From a virus: DNA of 64,000 nt. The notes below the pieces were generated by a model. The model was not told the DNA's origin. It made no database searches and worked only from the letters and a program-made list of their open reading frames with translations. The DNA is taken from IMG/VR virus record IMGVR_UViG_3300048575_000222, positions 1,778 to 65,777 of that record. The stretch is one strand, 5' to 3'. This document shows, one piece after another, positions 1 to 11,500 of the stretch (its first letter is position 1; the number at the start of each line of letters is the position of its first letter). The position numbers were made by a program, and so were the translations under genes.

Positions 1-1917
1 CGAGACGAAATCGCCGCTTTCGGCGCACAGGACAGCACGGTGCGCGACGGGCGAGGGGTGCCAGTGTTCCGAGGTCTACCCGACATCGCCCTGCGCCGGG
101 CGGGGCACGGGTTCGTCTCCCTTCCGACTCGGCGCCGTCTGTACCGTTCCGGCGGGCGCGGCGCTTGGCGACGATCAGCACCGGAGGAGAGCTTCCTCGG
201 CACGCTCGACGTCGCCGCGGAAGAAGACGGGAACGTGGGCGCACGGCTCCGGCTACGAATCCTGCCGCCGGCAGCGCGCTTCTCGATGGATGCCGGGGGC
301 GAGGCGCTGAGCGTCTCCGGCTTGCCTGCCGGCTGGGCCCTGCGGGTGGAAGACGCCACGCCGGCGGTGATCAATGAGGCTGGGTCTGCCCAGGTTCCGC
401 TGCCCGCGGGCGGGGTCCGCAAGGCGCGGCTCCGCCTGCGCGCCGCTGCGCCAGATGGGGCGGAGACGCTGGACTGGCAACTCGCGCTCCCGGCCACGCG
501 GGCCTATCTGGCAGGGCCAGACGGGTCGATCCTTGAGACACAGCGCGAGATCACGCTGCACGATCTGCGCGACTGGCGGGTGCTGCCAGCTCACGTCGGC
601 CAGACCGACCTTAGCCTGCGGCTGGTCGCGCCCGGTCTTGGTGGCATAACGTCGCCGCTGGCCGTCCGCGTCCACGGCGAGGCGCCCCTGTCGAGCATTC
701 GAGACCTTGTGGACGACTTGCTCTCCCATGGCGGGCCGGACGCGGAGGTTCGGCTTCGAGCGCTCGCCGACGGGCACGAGTCGCCCCGACTCCTAGTGCG
801 GCGGTTCCTTGGCGAGACCCATTTGACCGAGGATGGGGTGATCTTGCGAACGCATGGCGCACCGGGTGATGAACGGACGTTGCCCGACCTGGTGGCGATC
901 AACATCGACGCGCCTGGGCCGGCGGTCGCGGCTCCCAACGCGCCGCCGGCGGCGATGGGAAACGTGCTCGGGCCAGGGCGCTGGTTCTTCCTTCCCTCTC
1001 TACACGGACAGCCGCTTCGCCCGCCCCGCCCGCTCGTGGTCGAGCCGGATGCCGGACAAGAGGCGACGACCGATCAAGATGATCGTCTGCATGCCGCCGG
1101 CACCGGACGCACCCGTGCAGCGCGAGTCGAAGCCTATGCGGCGATATTCCGCGACGGGGTCGATGTACAGCACATCATGGCGCTTGAGCGGGCCATAGAC
1201 GCCCTGACGACTCATGGTGCGAGCCCTTCCGCGCTGGACCAGGTGCTGGCGCTTGAACGAGTGTCGGCCGTGGCCGTGCGTCTGCTCGTGAGGGCCGACG
1301 TATCGGACCTGTCGGACCGACTGGAGCTTGAGCGTCACGGCGCACGCCGCTGGGCTTTTGTTGCGCCGCGGGACTGGGGCGCGGCCGTGGCGTCGGAGCT
1401 GGCAAGCCTGACCACTAGCCTCGCTGCGATCCCCGCGCTGGCGGAGCGGGCCGAGACGCTCGCGCGCGAGCAGATGGCGCGACGCGTGCGGGAGATCCTG
1501 ACGCTCCGCCCCGATCTGGACGGGCATCTCGCGCTCGGCCTCATGGAGGCGAGGCTCGCGGCGCACCCCGATCTCATGCACTGGCTCGGGCGTATGCCGT
1601 CAGCGTTCGGGGATCCTGAAGGGACCCTTTTGCGGCTTGCAGACGCGGCCGCGCGGCGCCACGGCGAGAGCGACCTCTCCTTTCCCGACCTGCGCGCGGC
1701 GGCGCAGCCTGCGGCCTTCGTCCGTTTTGCCGATCATGTGAATGGCCTGATCGAGGCGCCGCTATTCGTGTCCGAGGTCGCCTTCGGCCTGCGAGCAGCG
1801 CCGCAGGGCCGCACCGGGGTGCAGCTGTTGCGCTGCATCCACCTAGACCCGAGCCATTTTGACTTGGCGCTCCCGGCCGCGATGGCCTGGCAGGCAATGC
1901 GCCTTTCGCGGAAATAA
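1..1917 (+). CDS. 5'-truncated large hypothetical protein, probably DruH-like (STY4851/ECs_5259-type) partner of the downstream helicase
   Basis: Frame is open from base 1 (RDEIAAFGAQ...) to TAA at 1915-1917, so the true start lies left of the window. It ends 14 nt before a DruE-like helicase. The family assignment rests on context and recalled resemblance only. Confidence 0.55.
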   Translation, partial: RDEIAAFGAQDSTVRDGRGVPVFRGLPDIALRRAGHGFVSLPTRRRLYRSGGRGAWRRSAPEESFLGTLDVAAEEDGNVGARLRLRILPPAARFSMDAGGEALSVSGLPAGWALRVEDATPAVINEAGSAQVPLPAGGVRKARLRLRAAAPDGAETLDWQLALPATRAYLAGPDGSILETQREITLHDLRDWRVLPAHVGQTDLSLRLVAPGLGGITSPLAVRVHGEAPLSSIRDLVDDLLSHGGPDAEVRLRALADGHESPRLLVRRFLGETHLTEDGVILRTHGAPGDERTLPDLVAINIDAPGPAVAAPNAPPAAMGNVLGPGRWFFLPSLHGQPLRPPRPLVVEPDAGQEATTDQDDRLHAAGTGRTRAARVEAYAAIFRDGVDVQHIMALERAIDALTTHGASPSALDQVLALERVSAVAVRLLVRADVSDLSDRLELERHGARRWAFVAPRDWGAAVASELASLTTSLAAIPALAERAETLAREQMARRVREILTLRPDLDGHLALGLMEARLAAHPDLMHWLGRMPSAFGDPEGTLLRLADAAARRHGESDLSFPDLRAAAQPAAFVRFADHVNGLIEAPLFVSEVAFGLRAAPQGRTGVQLLRCIHLDPSHFDLALPAAMAWQAMRLSRK

Positions 1918-1931
1918 GGGAAGACGGCAGA

Positions 1932-4900
1932 ATGAAGGACGGCATCGACACCAACCGCTCGGGCTACGCCGAGGTCCTGGATCGGGTCGCGGAACGCGCC
2001 GCGTCGGCGGTGGTGGCCAAAGGACGTGTCCGCTCGGTCGCCCTGCGCACCGCGCTTTCCGCGCGCCTGCGGGCCGAGCCAGGACAGGCGGACGCGTTCC
2101 TCGCCGACCCGGTGTTCGAGGCCGCGCGGGTCTGGAAACGCGCGGACCGCACGCTGAACGATCTGGCAGGTAGACTTTTGGAAGAGGATCTGGTGGCCGC
2201 ACTAGACGGGGCGCCAAACCGCCGATGGCCACGGCACGGCGCTGAGCACGCGCCCTATCTCCACCAGATGCGCGCCTGGACCGCCGCGGCCGAGGGGCGG
2301 AGCTTTCTCGTCACCAGCGGCACCGGCTCGGGCAAGACCGAGTGCTTCATGGTGCCGATGCTAAACGACCTCCTGCGGCAGTCGCCAGCCGGGCGGCGGC
2401 GGGGCGTGCAGGCCATCGTCCTCTACCCGCTAAACGCTCTGATCGACAGCCAGCGCGAGCGGCTCGGCGAGTGGATTGCGCCCCTGTCGGGTAGGATCAC
2501 CTACGCGCTCTACAACAGACATCTCAAAGAGACGCTGCCACCCCATGAATGGCCCGGCGGCGGGATGGTGCCGGACCGCAAGCGGCTGCGGGAGGATCCA
2601 CCCTCGATTCTCGTCACTAACACCACGATGCTCGAATACATGCTGATGCGGGCTCAGGACGGACCAATCCTCGAGCGTTCGCAGGGCACGCTGCGCTGGA
2701 TCGTGCTGGATGAGGCGCACAGCTACGTCGGCGCGCAGGCGGCAGAGATGGCGCTGCTGCTGCGCCGGGTGCGGGAGGCGTTTGGGGTCGCCCCGGAAGA
2801 CGTTCGTCTCGCTGCGACCTCCGCCACCATCGGCGAAGGACAGGAAACGGCGGCGGCGCTGCGCCGCTTCGTGGCGGACCTGGGCGGCGTGCCGGAGGAT
2901 CGCGTTGAGATCATCGCCGGCGAGGAGCGGGAGCCCGATCTTCCGCCCGAAGGCGATCAAGCGGCGCTCGACCGAGAGGCGCTGGCGGTCCCAGACGAGA
3001 GCCTCTGGCAGATGCTCGCGCCCGATCCTCGGATCCGTGCCGCCCGCGCCCGGATGCGCGACGGGGGGCTGACGCTCGGCGGAGCGACGGGGATCCTCGG
3101 GCTCGGGGATCCGGGCGATCGAGGGGCCCGGCATCAGGCTTTCGCGGTTCTGGAGGCTGCGGCACGGGCGTGTGCTCCCGGATCCGATCTCCGCCTCGCG
3201 CCGTGGCGGCTCCACGTATTCCACCGGGCGCAGGCCGGACTCTGGGCCTGCATCGACCCAGCATGCCCGGATCGCCACCCGGCGCTTTCCACCGAAGGCT
3301 CGGACTGGCCATACGGCCAGGTGCATCTTGAGGAACGAGAGCGCTGTACCTGCAGCGCGCCGGTCTTCGAGGTCGGCGCCTGCGACGAGTGCGGAACACC
3401 CTGGCTCCTCGCTGAACGCTTCGCGCAAGGGGCCCACGAATACCTGACGCAGGCCCGCAGGGGTGACGACGAGGACGAGTACGTGCTCGATGTCGAGCCC
3501 GACCCAAGCCCCGAAGAGGGCGCTGCGGCGACGCCGTCACGCGAGGTTCTGCTCGGCCCCGCGCAGGATAGCGGGGACGACATCGCAGTTCGGCTCACGG
3601 ATGGCGCGTTGCTGAACCGGCCTGAGCCAAGTGACCTTGTTGCGACGCTTCGGATCGTCGAAGAGCATGCCGATCGGGCCTGTTGCGCGCGCGCACACGA
3701 GCCACGCACCGGCGTTCGGCCGCAGACCTTCGGCGCACCGTTCCTGATGGGTAACGCGATGCCCGTGCTCCTTGAGGCCGTGCCGCGCGTCGAGGGCGCG
3801 GGGGCGGCGCCCTTCGGCGGACGGAGGCTCTTGTCCTTTACCGACAGCCGGCAGGGCACCGCGCGGTTTTCGGCCAAGCTCCAGCAAGAGGCCGAGCGCA
3901 ACTTGACCCGCGCCGTGATCACCCATGCCGTGCAAGAGGCCGGCGGGGGCGATCCGGCTAGAGCGGCCGCGCTGCAGGCCGAGATCGAAGGGCTGGAACA
4001 AGCGGTCGTTGCCGTGCCGTCGCTGCGTGGCCTTCTCGAAGAGAAACGGGAGGCGCTCGCTGCGCTGATCGACGGTGCCGGCCGTATCTCCTGGACCGAT
4101 CTGCGCGGTACCCTCGCCGCCAACCCCGAACTGTCGGACTTCGCCGCCGAGGTCTGGCGCGGCCGCCCGCTCGGGGGTGCGCATCTGGCCGACACGCCCG
4201 CCGACCTCGCCGAACTGTTCCTGTTCCGCGAACTCTTCCGCCGGCCACGGCTCCAAAACAACGTCGAGACCATGGGCCTCGCCCGGCTCGTCTTCCCGGC
4301 GCTCGAGGAGCATGCGCGCCTCAAGGTGCCGGCGCCGCTCGCCGAGGCCGGGCACGATACGAAGGTCTGGGCGGACGTCCTCCATGCTGCGGTGGACATC
4401 GTGTTCCGCGCCACCCTCGCCATCGACCTGCCACAGGATCCGGTGGACATGCGCCACTGGATTTCGCCCCGCAGCGCGCTTTCGGCAGTCATGGAGCCTG
4501 GTACGCCGCCTGACGCCGAGAGCCCGGTACGCAGCCCGTCCCGCTTTCCCACTGCCGCCGCGACGCGTGGCAGTCTAGTGCGGCTGCTCTACCGCCTGAC
4601 AGGCGGTGCCCCCGACAACGCGCTAGACGCGGGGCGTGTCGACACCGTCCTCGCGGCGATCTGGACGGCCTTTAGCAGCGCGCGCCTGCTGAGGGCGGCC
4701 GGCCCCTATGCATGGCGGCTAGACCTTCGACGAGCGGAGGTCGCGCGGCTCGACCGCGCCTGGCAATGCCCGCAGACTTGGCGGCTTCTGCCCTTTGCGC
4801 CTGCCGGCGTTTCGCTCAACGCAATCGAGGCCGAGGCCCTGGCTACTCCCGTCGACATGCCGCGCCTGCCAGGGGCAGCGCCTACGGGGCTGACGGCCGA

Positions 4901-7900
4901 GGCGCGGGCGGAGGTCCGGCGCTGGCTCGAAGAGGACGGGAGGGTGGCTTCGCTCCGCAAGCGGGGCCACTGGACCGACATACACGACCGGATTGCTGAG
5001 TTCGCGCCCTTCCTGCGGGCGCAGGAGCATTCCGCTCAGATCGACCGGGCCAGCCTTCAGACGTATGAAGAAGCGTTCAGGAAAGGACGGATCAACATCC
5101 TCAACTGCTCCACCACCATGGAGATGGGCGTCGACATTCCCGACGTGGGCCTCGTGGTGAACACGAACGTGCCGCCGGCGCCTGCCAACTACCGCCAGCG
5201 GGTCGGCCGAGCCGGGCGCCGGGGCGAGCCATGGGCCCTGGCATTCACCTTCTGCAAAGACCTCCCGCTCGACCGCATGGTGTTTCGCGAACCCGCGCGC
5301 CTATTGAAGGGCGCGGTACGCGCGCCGGCGGTGCGGCTCGACGGGCCTGTCCTAATTCAGCGCCATGTCAACGCGCTCCTTCTCGGGATGTACCTGCGCG
5401 GCGAAGGCGGCATCAGGGTGACTACGGGCATCGGTACCTTCTTCGGCGCGACGCCCGATACGGTCTCGCCGTGGCTCCCCGACAGCCCGGCCGAAGGGTT
5501 CCTCGTCGCGCTGCAGGGAGAGTGGGCCGACAGCCTAGCCGTGGCTGAGGCCCTTCAGAACCTCGTTCGTGGAACCGTGCTCGAAGGCAACGCCGCAGTG
5601 ACCGAGCGCGCGGCGGACGCGTTCGACCGGATGCGCGAGCGCTGGATGGCGGAGTATGGGCAGCTCCTGACTGCGCAAGATGCCCATCCGGAGCGTGACC
5701 CCGCTCATGGCTTCTACATGCGGCGCGCAAAGCGGATGCGGGAAGAATTCATGATCTCCGAACTCGCACGCCGTGGCTTCACCCCGGCCTATGGCTTTCC
5801 CGTCGATGTGGTCGCCTTCGACCATGTCGGGCGGACGGGCGGCGAAAGCGGTCCCTCGCGCCCGCTCGACATGGCGATCCGGGATTACTCGCCCGGGGCC
5901 GAGGTGGTCATCGACGGGCTCGTGCACCGCTCCGACGGCATCCTGCCGACTTAGGGCAACAGGAGCGAGCCAGGATCGGTCGAGGACCTGCGCACGCTAT
6001 GGCGCTGTCCGTCCTGCAACGCCTTCGGACTGTCGCGCCTGCCCGTCGACACCTGCCCCGACTGTGGCAGCGGGACACGGCGGGGGGAGCTGCTGCGGCC
6101 GTCCGGCTTTCTCGGCACCAGCAAGCCACATGCAGCCTACGAGACCCTCGCCTTCGTGCCGCCCGACCGCGCCCGCGTGTCGGCGGCAGGCGCGCCATGG
6201 GTCTCGCTCAGCGATCCCGCCACCGGCGCGCTGCGGACCAGCCGAGAAGGCAAGGTGCTTGTGACCTCCTCGGGGCCCGGGGGCGCGGGCTACGCGATTT
6301 GCATAGCCTGTGGCCGGGCCGAGGCTGAGACCGGCGAAGACAGTGAAACGCTGCCGGCGGGTATGCGTAGTCACCGGCCATTGCAGAAACTCCGTGACAA
6401 CCCGCGCGACGACGGGCTTTGCCCGGGCAACGACACGGGCTCGCGCCGGATCCGGCGCAACGTACGGCTTGGCAACGAAGTTTCCACAGATGTGTTCGAG
6501 CTGCGTCTCGAGGCGCTTCAGGCGACCGAGGCGGACCAGGGCCGCGCGCTCGCGATCGGCGCGGCGGTGCGAGAAGCGCTGGCGGAGCGGCTAGGGATCG
6601 ACGCCGAGCTTATGGGTGTCAGCGTCGCTCCGAGCGTTCGCGCGGATGGAGGGCGGCGGTCGTCGTTCTTCCTTTACGATAAGGCGTCCGGCGGCTCTGG
6701 CTTTGCCAACACCGCCGAGACGGATCTTCCCACTCTGCTGACCGCTGCGGCTGAGCGGCTCGACTGTCCCTCGCGCTGCGCTCATGGCTGCCCCGACTGC
6801 ATCCTGCGCCGCGATTTGCAGTTCGACCTCGGGCCGGTGGACCGACCCGGCGCGCTTGAAGCGCTGCGCAGCGAGGTCCTGCCGCGCCTGTCCCTGCCCG
6901 AAGATTTGCAGGTCTTCGGCCCGGCGACGCGGGTGCTCACCGAACCAGTCCCCGACTGGATACGCCGCGCCCTCGCCCAAGGCGGTCTGACCCGCCTCAC
7001 GCTCTTCCTGCACGGCGACGCGACCGGCTGGGACGCCATGGACTGGACTGGCCCCGAACTGCTCGCGGCGGCGCAGCGGTGCGGCGTCGAGGTTGCGCTG
7101 GCGCTGCCTGCTGGGGAAGTGCCAAAGCTAGCCTTCGCGCAGAAGCTCGACCTGGTGCGGGCTGTCGCACGCTCTGGTGGGGCGCTGCGCTCCTGTGCAA
7201 ACCTGCCCATGGCGGGCGGCCTTCCCATCATCGCCGAGCTCGAGGCCGGCGGACGCCATCAGCAGATCGCAACCCCTGCACCGTCGGCTGCAACAGTCGG
7301 ACCAACGTGGGGCGACGTCAGCGTCGCGCCAGCCCTCGTTGGCGCGCACGCTCCGGCCGAGATGGGCCCAGCGCTCTCTCTGGCTAAGCTTGCGGCCTTC
7401 GGCGAAGGTAACAGCGCCCACGTGGACATCCGGCATCAGTTTGACGGACCGGTCGCCGGTTTCGGCAAGGCCTTCTGGAAAGCGGTGGTGCCCCTTCGCC
7501 CGCAGGCCTTCGCGGGCAAGCGTCCGGTAGCTCGTGTCGTGTACAGCGACCGCTACCTGCGCACGCCACTGTCCGTGCGCCTTCTCGCGGGGATCCTGTA
7601 TGCCATGCCGGGCCGGAACGAGGCAACAGCGGTCGAGGTCGTCTCTGAACAGGGCTCCGGAGCCGACCGGGAGCCGCCGCGGGCCCTGCACCACACCTGG
7701 CCGGAGGATACAACGCGCGGCGCCGTCCTGCGCGCGCTGCTGCCCAGCGCCTCGGTGTCGCTCCGACCCAAGGACGCCTGTGCCCACGCCCGGAGCCTGC
7801 GGCTTGACTTTGCCGACGGCACGGCGGTCACGATTCATCTCGATCAGGGTTTGGGCGCTTGGCGCACCCCGGGACGCCCGGTGCGCTTCGACGGCGAGGC

Positions 7901-8000
7901 CGAGCCAGCGCGTCAGGCTGCCGAGTTGATGCGGATCGAGACCGCTGTCGTGATCCAAGGAGAAGGTCAACAGCCCTCGCCGCTCTGGGTAACTTGGTAG
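1932..8000 (+). pseudogene. YprA/DruE-like DEAD/DEAH SF2 helicase with DUF1998-like Cys cluster and C-terminal nuclease/PLD-like domain, interrupted by in-frame TAG at 5952-5954
   Basis: Helicase motifs SGTGSGKT, YPLNAL, LDEAH, ATSAT, STTTMEMGVD and QRVGRAGR lie in 1932-5954. The same frame continues without stops after the TAG (GNRSEPG..CPSC..CPDC) into ORF 6156-8000, which carries CPSRCAHGCPDC and YSDRYL. Total span is 2022 codons. Confidence 0.85.
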
Positions 8001-8584
8001 GGGTGTGATAGGTAGTGAGCCAGAACGACCACAAGGCGCGGATCTTCTTCGATCAGCCCATCCCGAAATCACTGCATCAGGCGATCGGCCGGCAAAGGAC
8101 GATCGATAGCGAAGGTCGGTCGACCAACCGACCGAAGCCTCGAAAAGCGGCACCGCTCCGTTCTGGGCTCGGCCATGCAGGGTGCAAAGCGAAGGACCGG
8201 CGCGAAGACGGAAAGGATGTTCGTCGCAGACACGGGCATCTCGACGACCAAGACCGGAGCCTGCTACACAGTACTTTCACGTCGAATGCACATCGGAAGG
8301 CCGCGTTGCAGATTTCACTTCTTGAAAACCATGTCACATTAATCAGTGAGCCGACGTTGCTACGCCATCGCTCTTGGAAATTCGAATTAGCTCACCGGCG
8401 GCGTCCATATACGCTGCTCGACCAAGTCTTTGGCCGCTGGAGGGGCGAGGGCTGTTCGCACCACGACTTTACCGCGAATCCGCCTACGCACGCACTTCGC
8501 CTGAGAACAGCATCCATTCACATCGTCGAGCGCCAGATCTCTCGCGCTCACATAGCGAAAAAACTCGACTGACGCGGGGCTCAG

Positions 8585-11500
8585 ATGGACGACAACATCC
8601 TACCCGATCCTATGGCCAGCCTTAGCGCAGATCTCGCACAGGAGATATTTCCGATTGCGAGGAGCGATCGGCGAAAGAACAAGGATCTTTTTTTCGATAT
8701 AATCCCGGAGGATCGGCTAAAGAACGACGCTGACTTCTACGACGGCCTCCTCCGCATCATTGCATCAGGAGATCATGCGCGCCTGCGTCGCTATGACGAC
8801 CGTATGAAGCGGTCCGGGGATATGACCAAGACCTTCGGATTTCGCGCACTACGCTGGCTGGTGACCCGATCCGCGGAGGAACTGACTTCTGATGAGATTC
8901 ACGACATTCCGGAGGACCATTTTCCCTTCGGAACACCAGAGCGAGAAGTGCACCGAATCTACCTCGGTCTCGTAGGGATAGATTCATCCATGGCGCCGGT
9001 CTCGCCTGCGGAGGCGGGAGGGAAAGAAGCTCCTTCGGCTCGCGACTGGATGACTCTCGCTCAAGGTCTTGCCGACGGTGCGCAAAGCTTGGATCGGCCC
9101 GACGTCGAAGCGGCCGCGCGCTTGGTAGAGCTGGCCGAGGCGCTGTACGAGGCTTGTCGCACCGCTGCTGCAGCTGACGCTGCGGAGGAGAACATCCGTC
9201 TACGAGCAGACGCCTTGCGTGACCGGCTCATTACACTCGATCCGGATCTGGCCGACGCTTGGCCCGAGGATGCTTCCGCCGAGAGCCTCGACCGGATCGA
9301 GGAAACACTCGCGGAGGCAGAGATTGCTTATCAAGCTGCTCTAGAGGCCGAAAATGCGTTCGAGGCGGCAGATCGTGAGGTGCGCGCTGCTGCAGAGGCT
9401 CGGGCCTACGAGCGTCTCCCAGATTTGTCGTCGTGCGCGAAGGAGCAGGGGATCCAAGCGTATTCGGCTCGCACTGATCGGGATAAGGTATTCGCGGCAC
9501 TGCTTGCGCTACTATCGCAGGAAGAACCAAAGGACACATCCGCAGGAAACGGCACCGAACCTGATTCCGCCAAGGACGAACCCGGGCCGGGATCAATCGC
9601 GGAGGCGGCGTCACCTGAACCGGAGGTCCCGGTGCAGATTGCAAACCACCCGGACGATGCTTCGCCGGACGCGCACGTTCCGCCGGACTTGTCGCCAATT
9701 CCGGAAGGGACGGATCCGGAAGAACTGCTCGCACAGTATCTTTCCGCGGGCGAGATCGCCTTCGCTTGGCATCTGGCGCGGCTTGTAAAGACACCAGTAT
9801 CGGCGCCGATCCTGCGGACGTTGGCGATCCTTCCCGCCATACATCAGCCCGAGGACATGGCGGATCCGAGGCGCAGCAGTGCGCTTGCCGAACTTGCGGC
9901 CGCTTTGCCCGAAGCGACCGATCCCGTCGCCGCGGGGAGGCTAGCCCTAGCAGCGCTGTTGCGCCCGGCCCTGTTCGACCCCGATCACGGAGCCCGCGGC
10001 ATTCTGGAAAACCTCGTTGGCTTGCCGGGGCTCGAAGCACAAGCACCGCTGATCGAGGCGCTCGCCAACCTTGGCTACGATGTGCGGCTGTCGGCTGGAC
10101 TGCTTGCCGAACTTGCCGGGAATCGACCGCCGTCGGCGGAACCGGCCATGCGCAAGCGCCTCGAGGGGTGGTTGGCTGAAGCTCGGCACCGAAAGACGGT
10201 GCATCAGCCGACTTACGCGATATTCCACAGAGAGCTTCACCAAGAGGGTGAGATTGGACGTGTCGCCGAGGCTGTGTTGGCCGGGGCCGAGAACGCAGAG
10301 GCGCTTGCGCAGGATCTGATCGACAGGCTTGCCCATGATAGGAATGCGCAGGAGGCTTTCGTTTCCGAAGCCGAACGGCGCAGTGGCCGCCCAAGACGGG
10401 ACCGGATCGAAGGCATGGCGCTCGATTGGTTTTGTCGAGGGATTCAGGAGGCCTGCGATCAATTCGCCGACTGGATTGAAGCGCGGCGCCAGGATGCTCG
10501 GCTGACGCAGGATCACAGCCGCGAGCGGCTGCTGCGCGCTCTTGGACCCGTACGAAAGGCCCTGGACATTCGCGTTAGCGGGCCGACCGAAGGCGAAGGG
10601 AAACTTGCCGAAGCTTCTGGTCTCGTTCTGGCCGACAAGCTCGACGATTTGCGGAAACTCATCGAAGGTCGGGCGGCACTTTCGGTCACGCCGCGCATTC
10701 AGGATCTGCTCGAATCCCCGCTACTGCGACTGCCCGGCGGTTGTCAGGACTGGACCGAGGATGACGGTCCTGCCTTTGATTCCGAGCGTGCGTTGCGCGA
10801 TCGTCGCCTTGCCGCCGCTCTCGTTAGGCCGGAGTTGATTGCACCGAACGTATCCCTTGCATTCGACGCGAGGCTGAAAGAGACGGCGGTGCTCGCCGCG
10901 CAACGCCTCCTAGACCGACTGCATGAGAGCGACCTACCCAAAAATCAATACGATTCCGGACGGCAGCAGCTCGACGAGGTGCTTGAAGCTGCCCGCCGAA
11001 AGGCGCGCGAGCGTGTGGCACGTCTTCGGCAATCCTTGACGACGATCGGTTACCTTGATCTCGACGCTGCAACAACGCTACCCGGTGATCTGTCACGACT
11101 CGCCCTCATCGATTCCGCCTTGGTCGCCTCGGACAAGGGTGACGACGTGATGTTGCCGGCACTGAACAGAATTCGACGGCCTGATCTGCCGCCAGATTTT
11201 CCAGAACTCGATTCCCTCCTTGCCGAGATGGAAGTGCGCCGGGACCGTCTGCAGGAGCAGATTGCCGAGCGTCAGCGGCTGGAACTGGAACGGCTCATGG
11301 CCTTGCCACAGGGGGAATCGGCGCGGGAGCTTCTCGCGGTCTTCGACCGCTTGGATCCAGTTACTGCCGACGACGCGATCGCCGAGATCAAGGCGGGACG
11401 AGCGGTCCCGATGCCAGAAGTTGCTGTTCCCGATGTTTTTGCCCGATTCTTTCCCGGCTTTGTCGCTGACATCGCGGCAGAACCTGAAGAGACCAAGCGA

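Noticed and set aside
8015-8572. 185-aa ORF in the same frame as the 1845-aa ATPase, ending 12 nt before it
   Set aside because: The translation is not protein-like (Arg/His/Ser-rich, no motif) and no other frame is convincing. Treated as intergenic/promoter DNA, though a read-through extension cannot be excluded.
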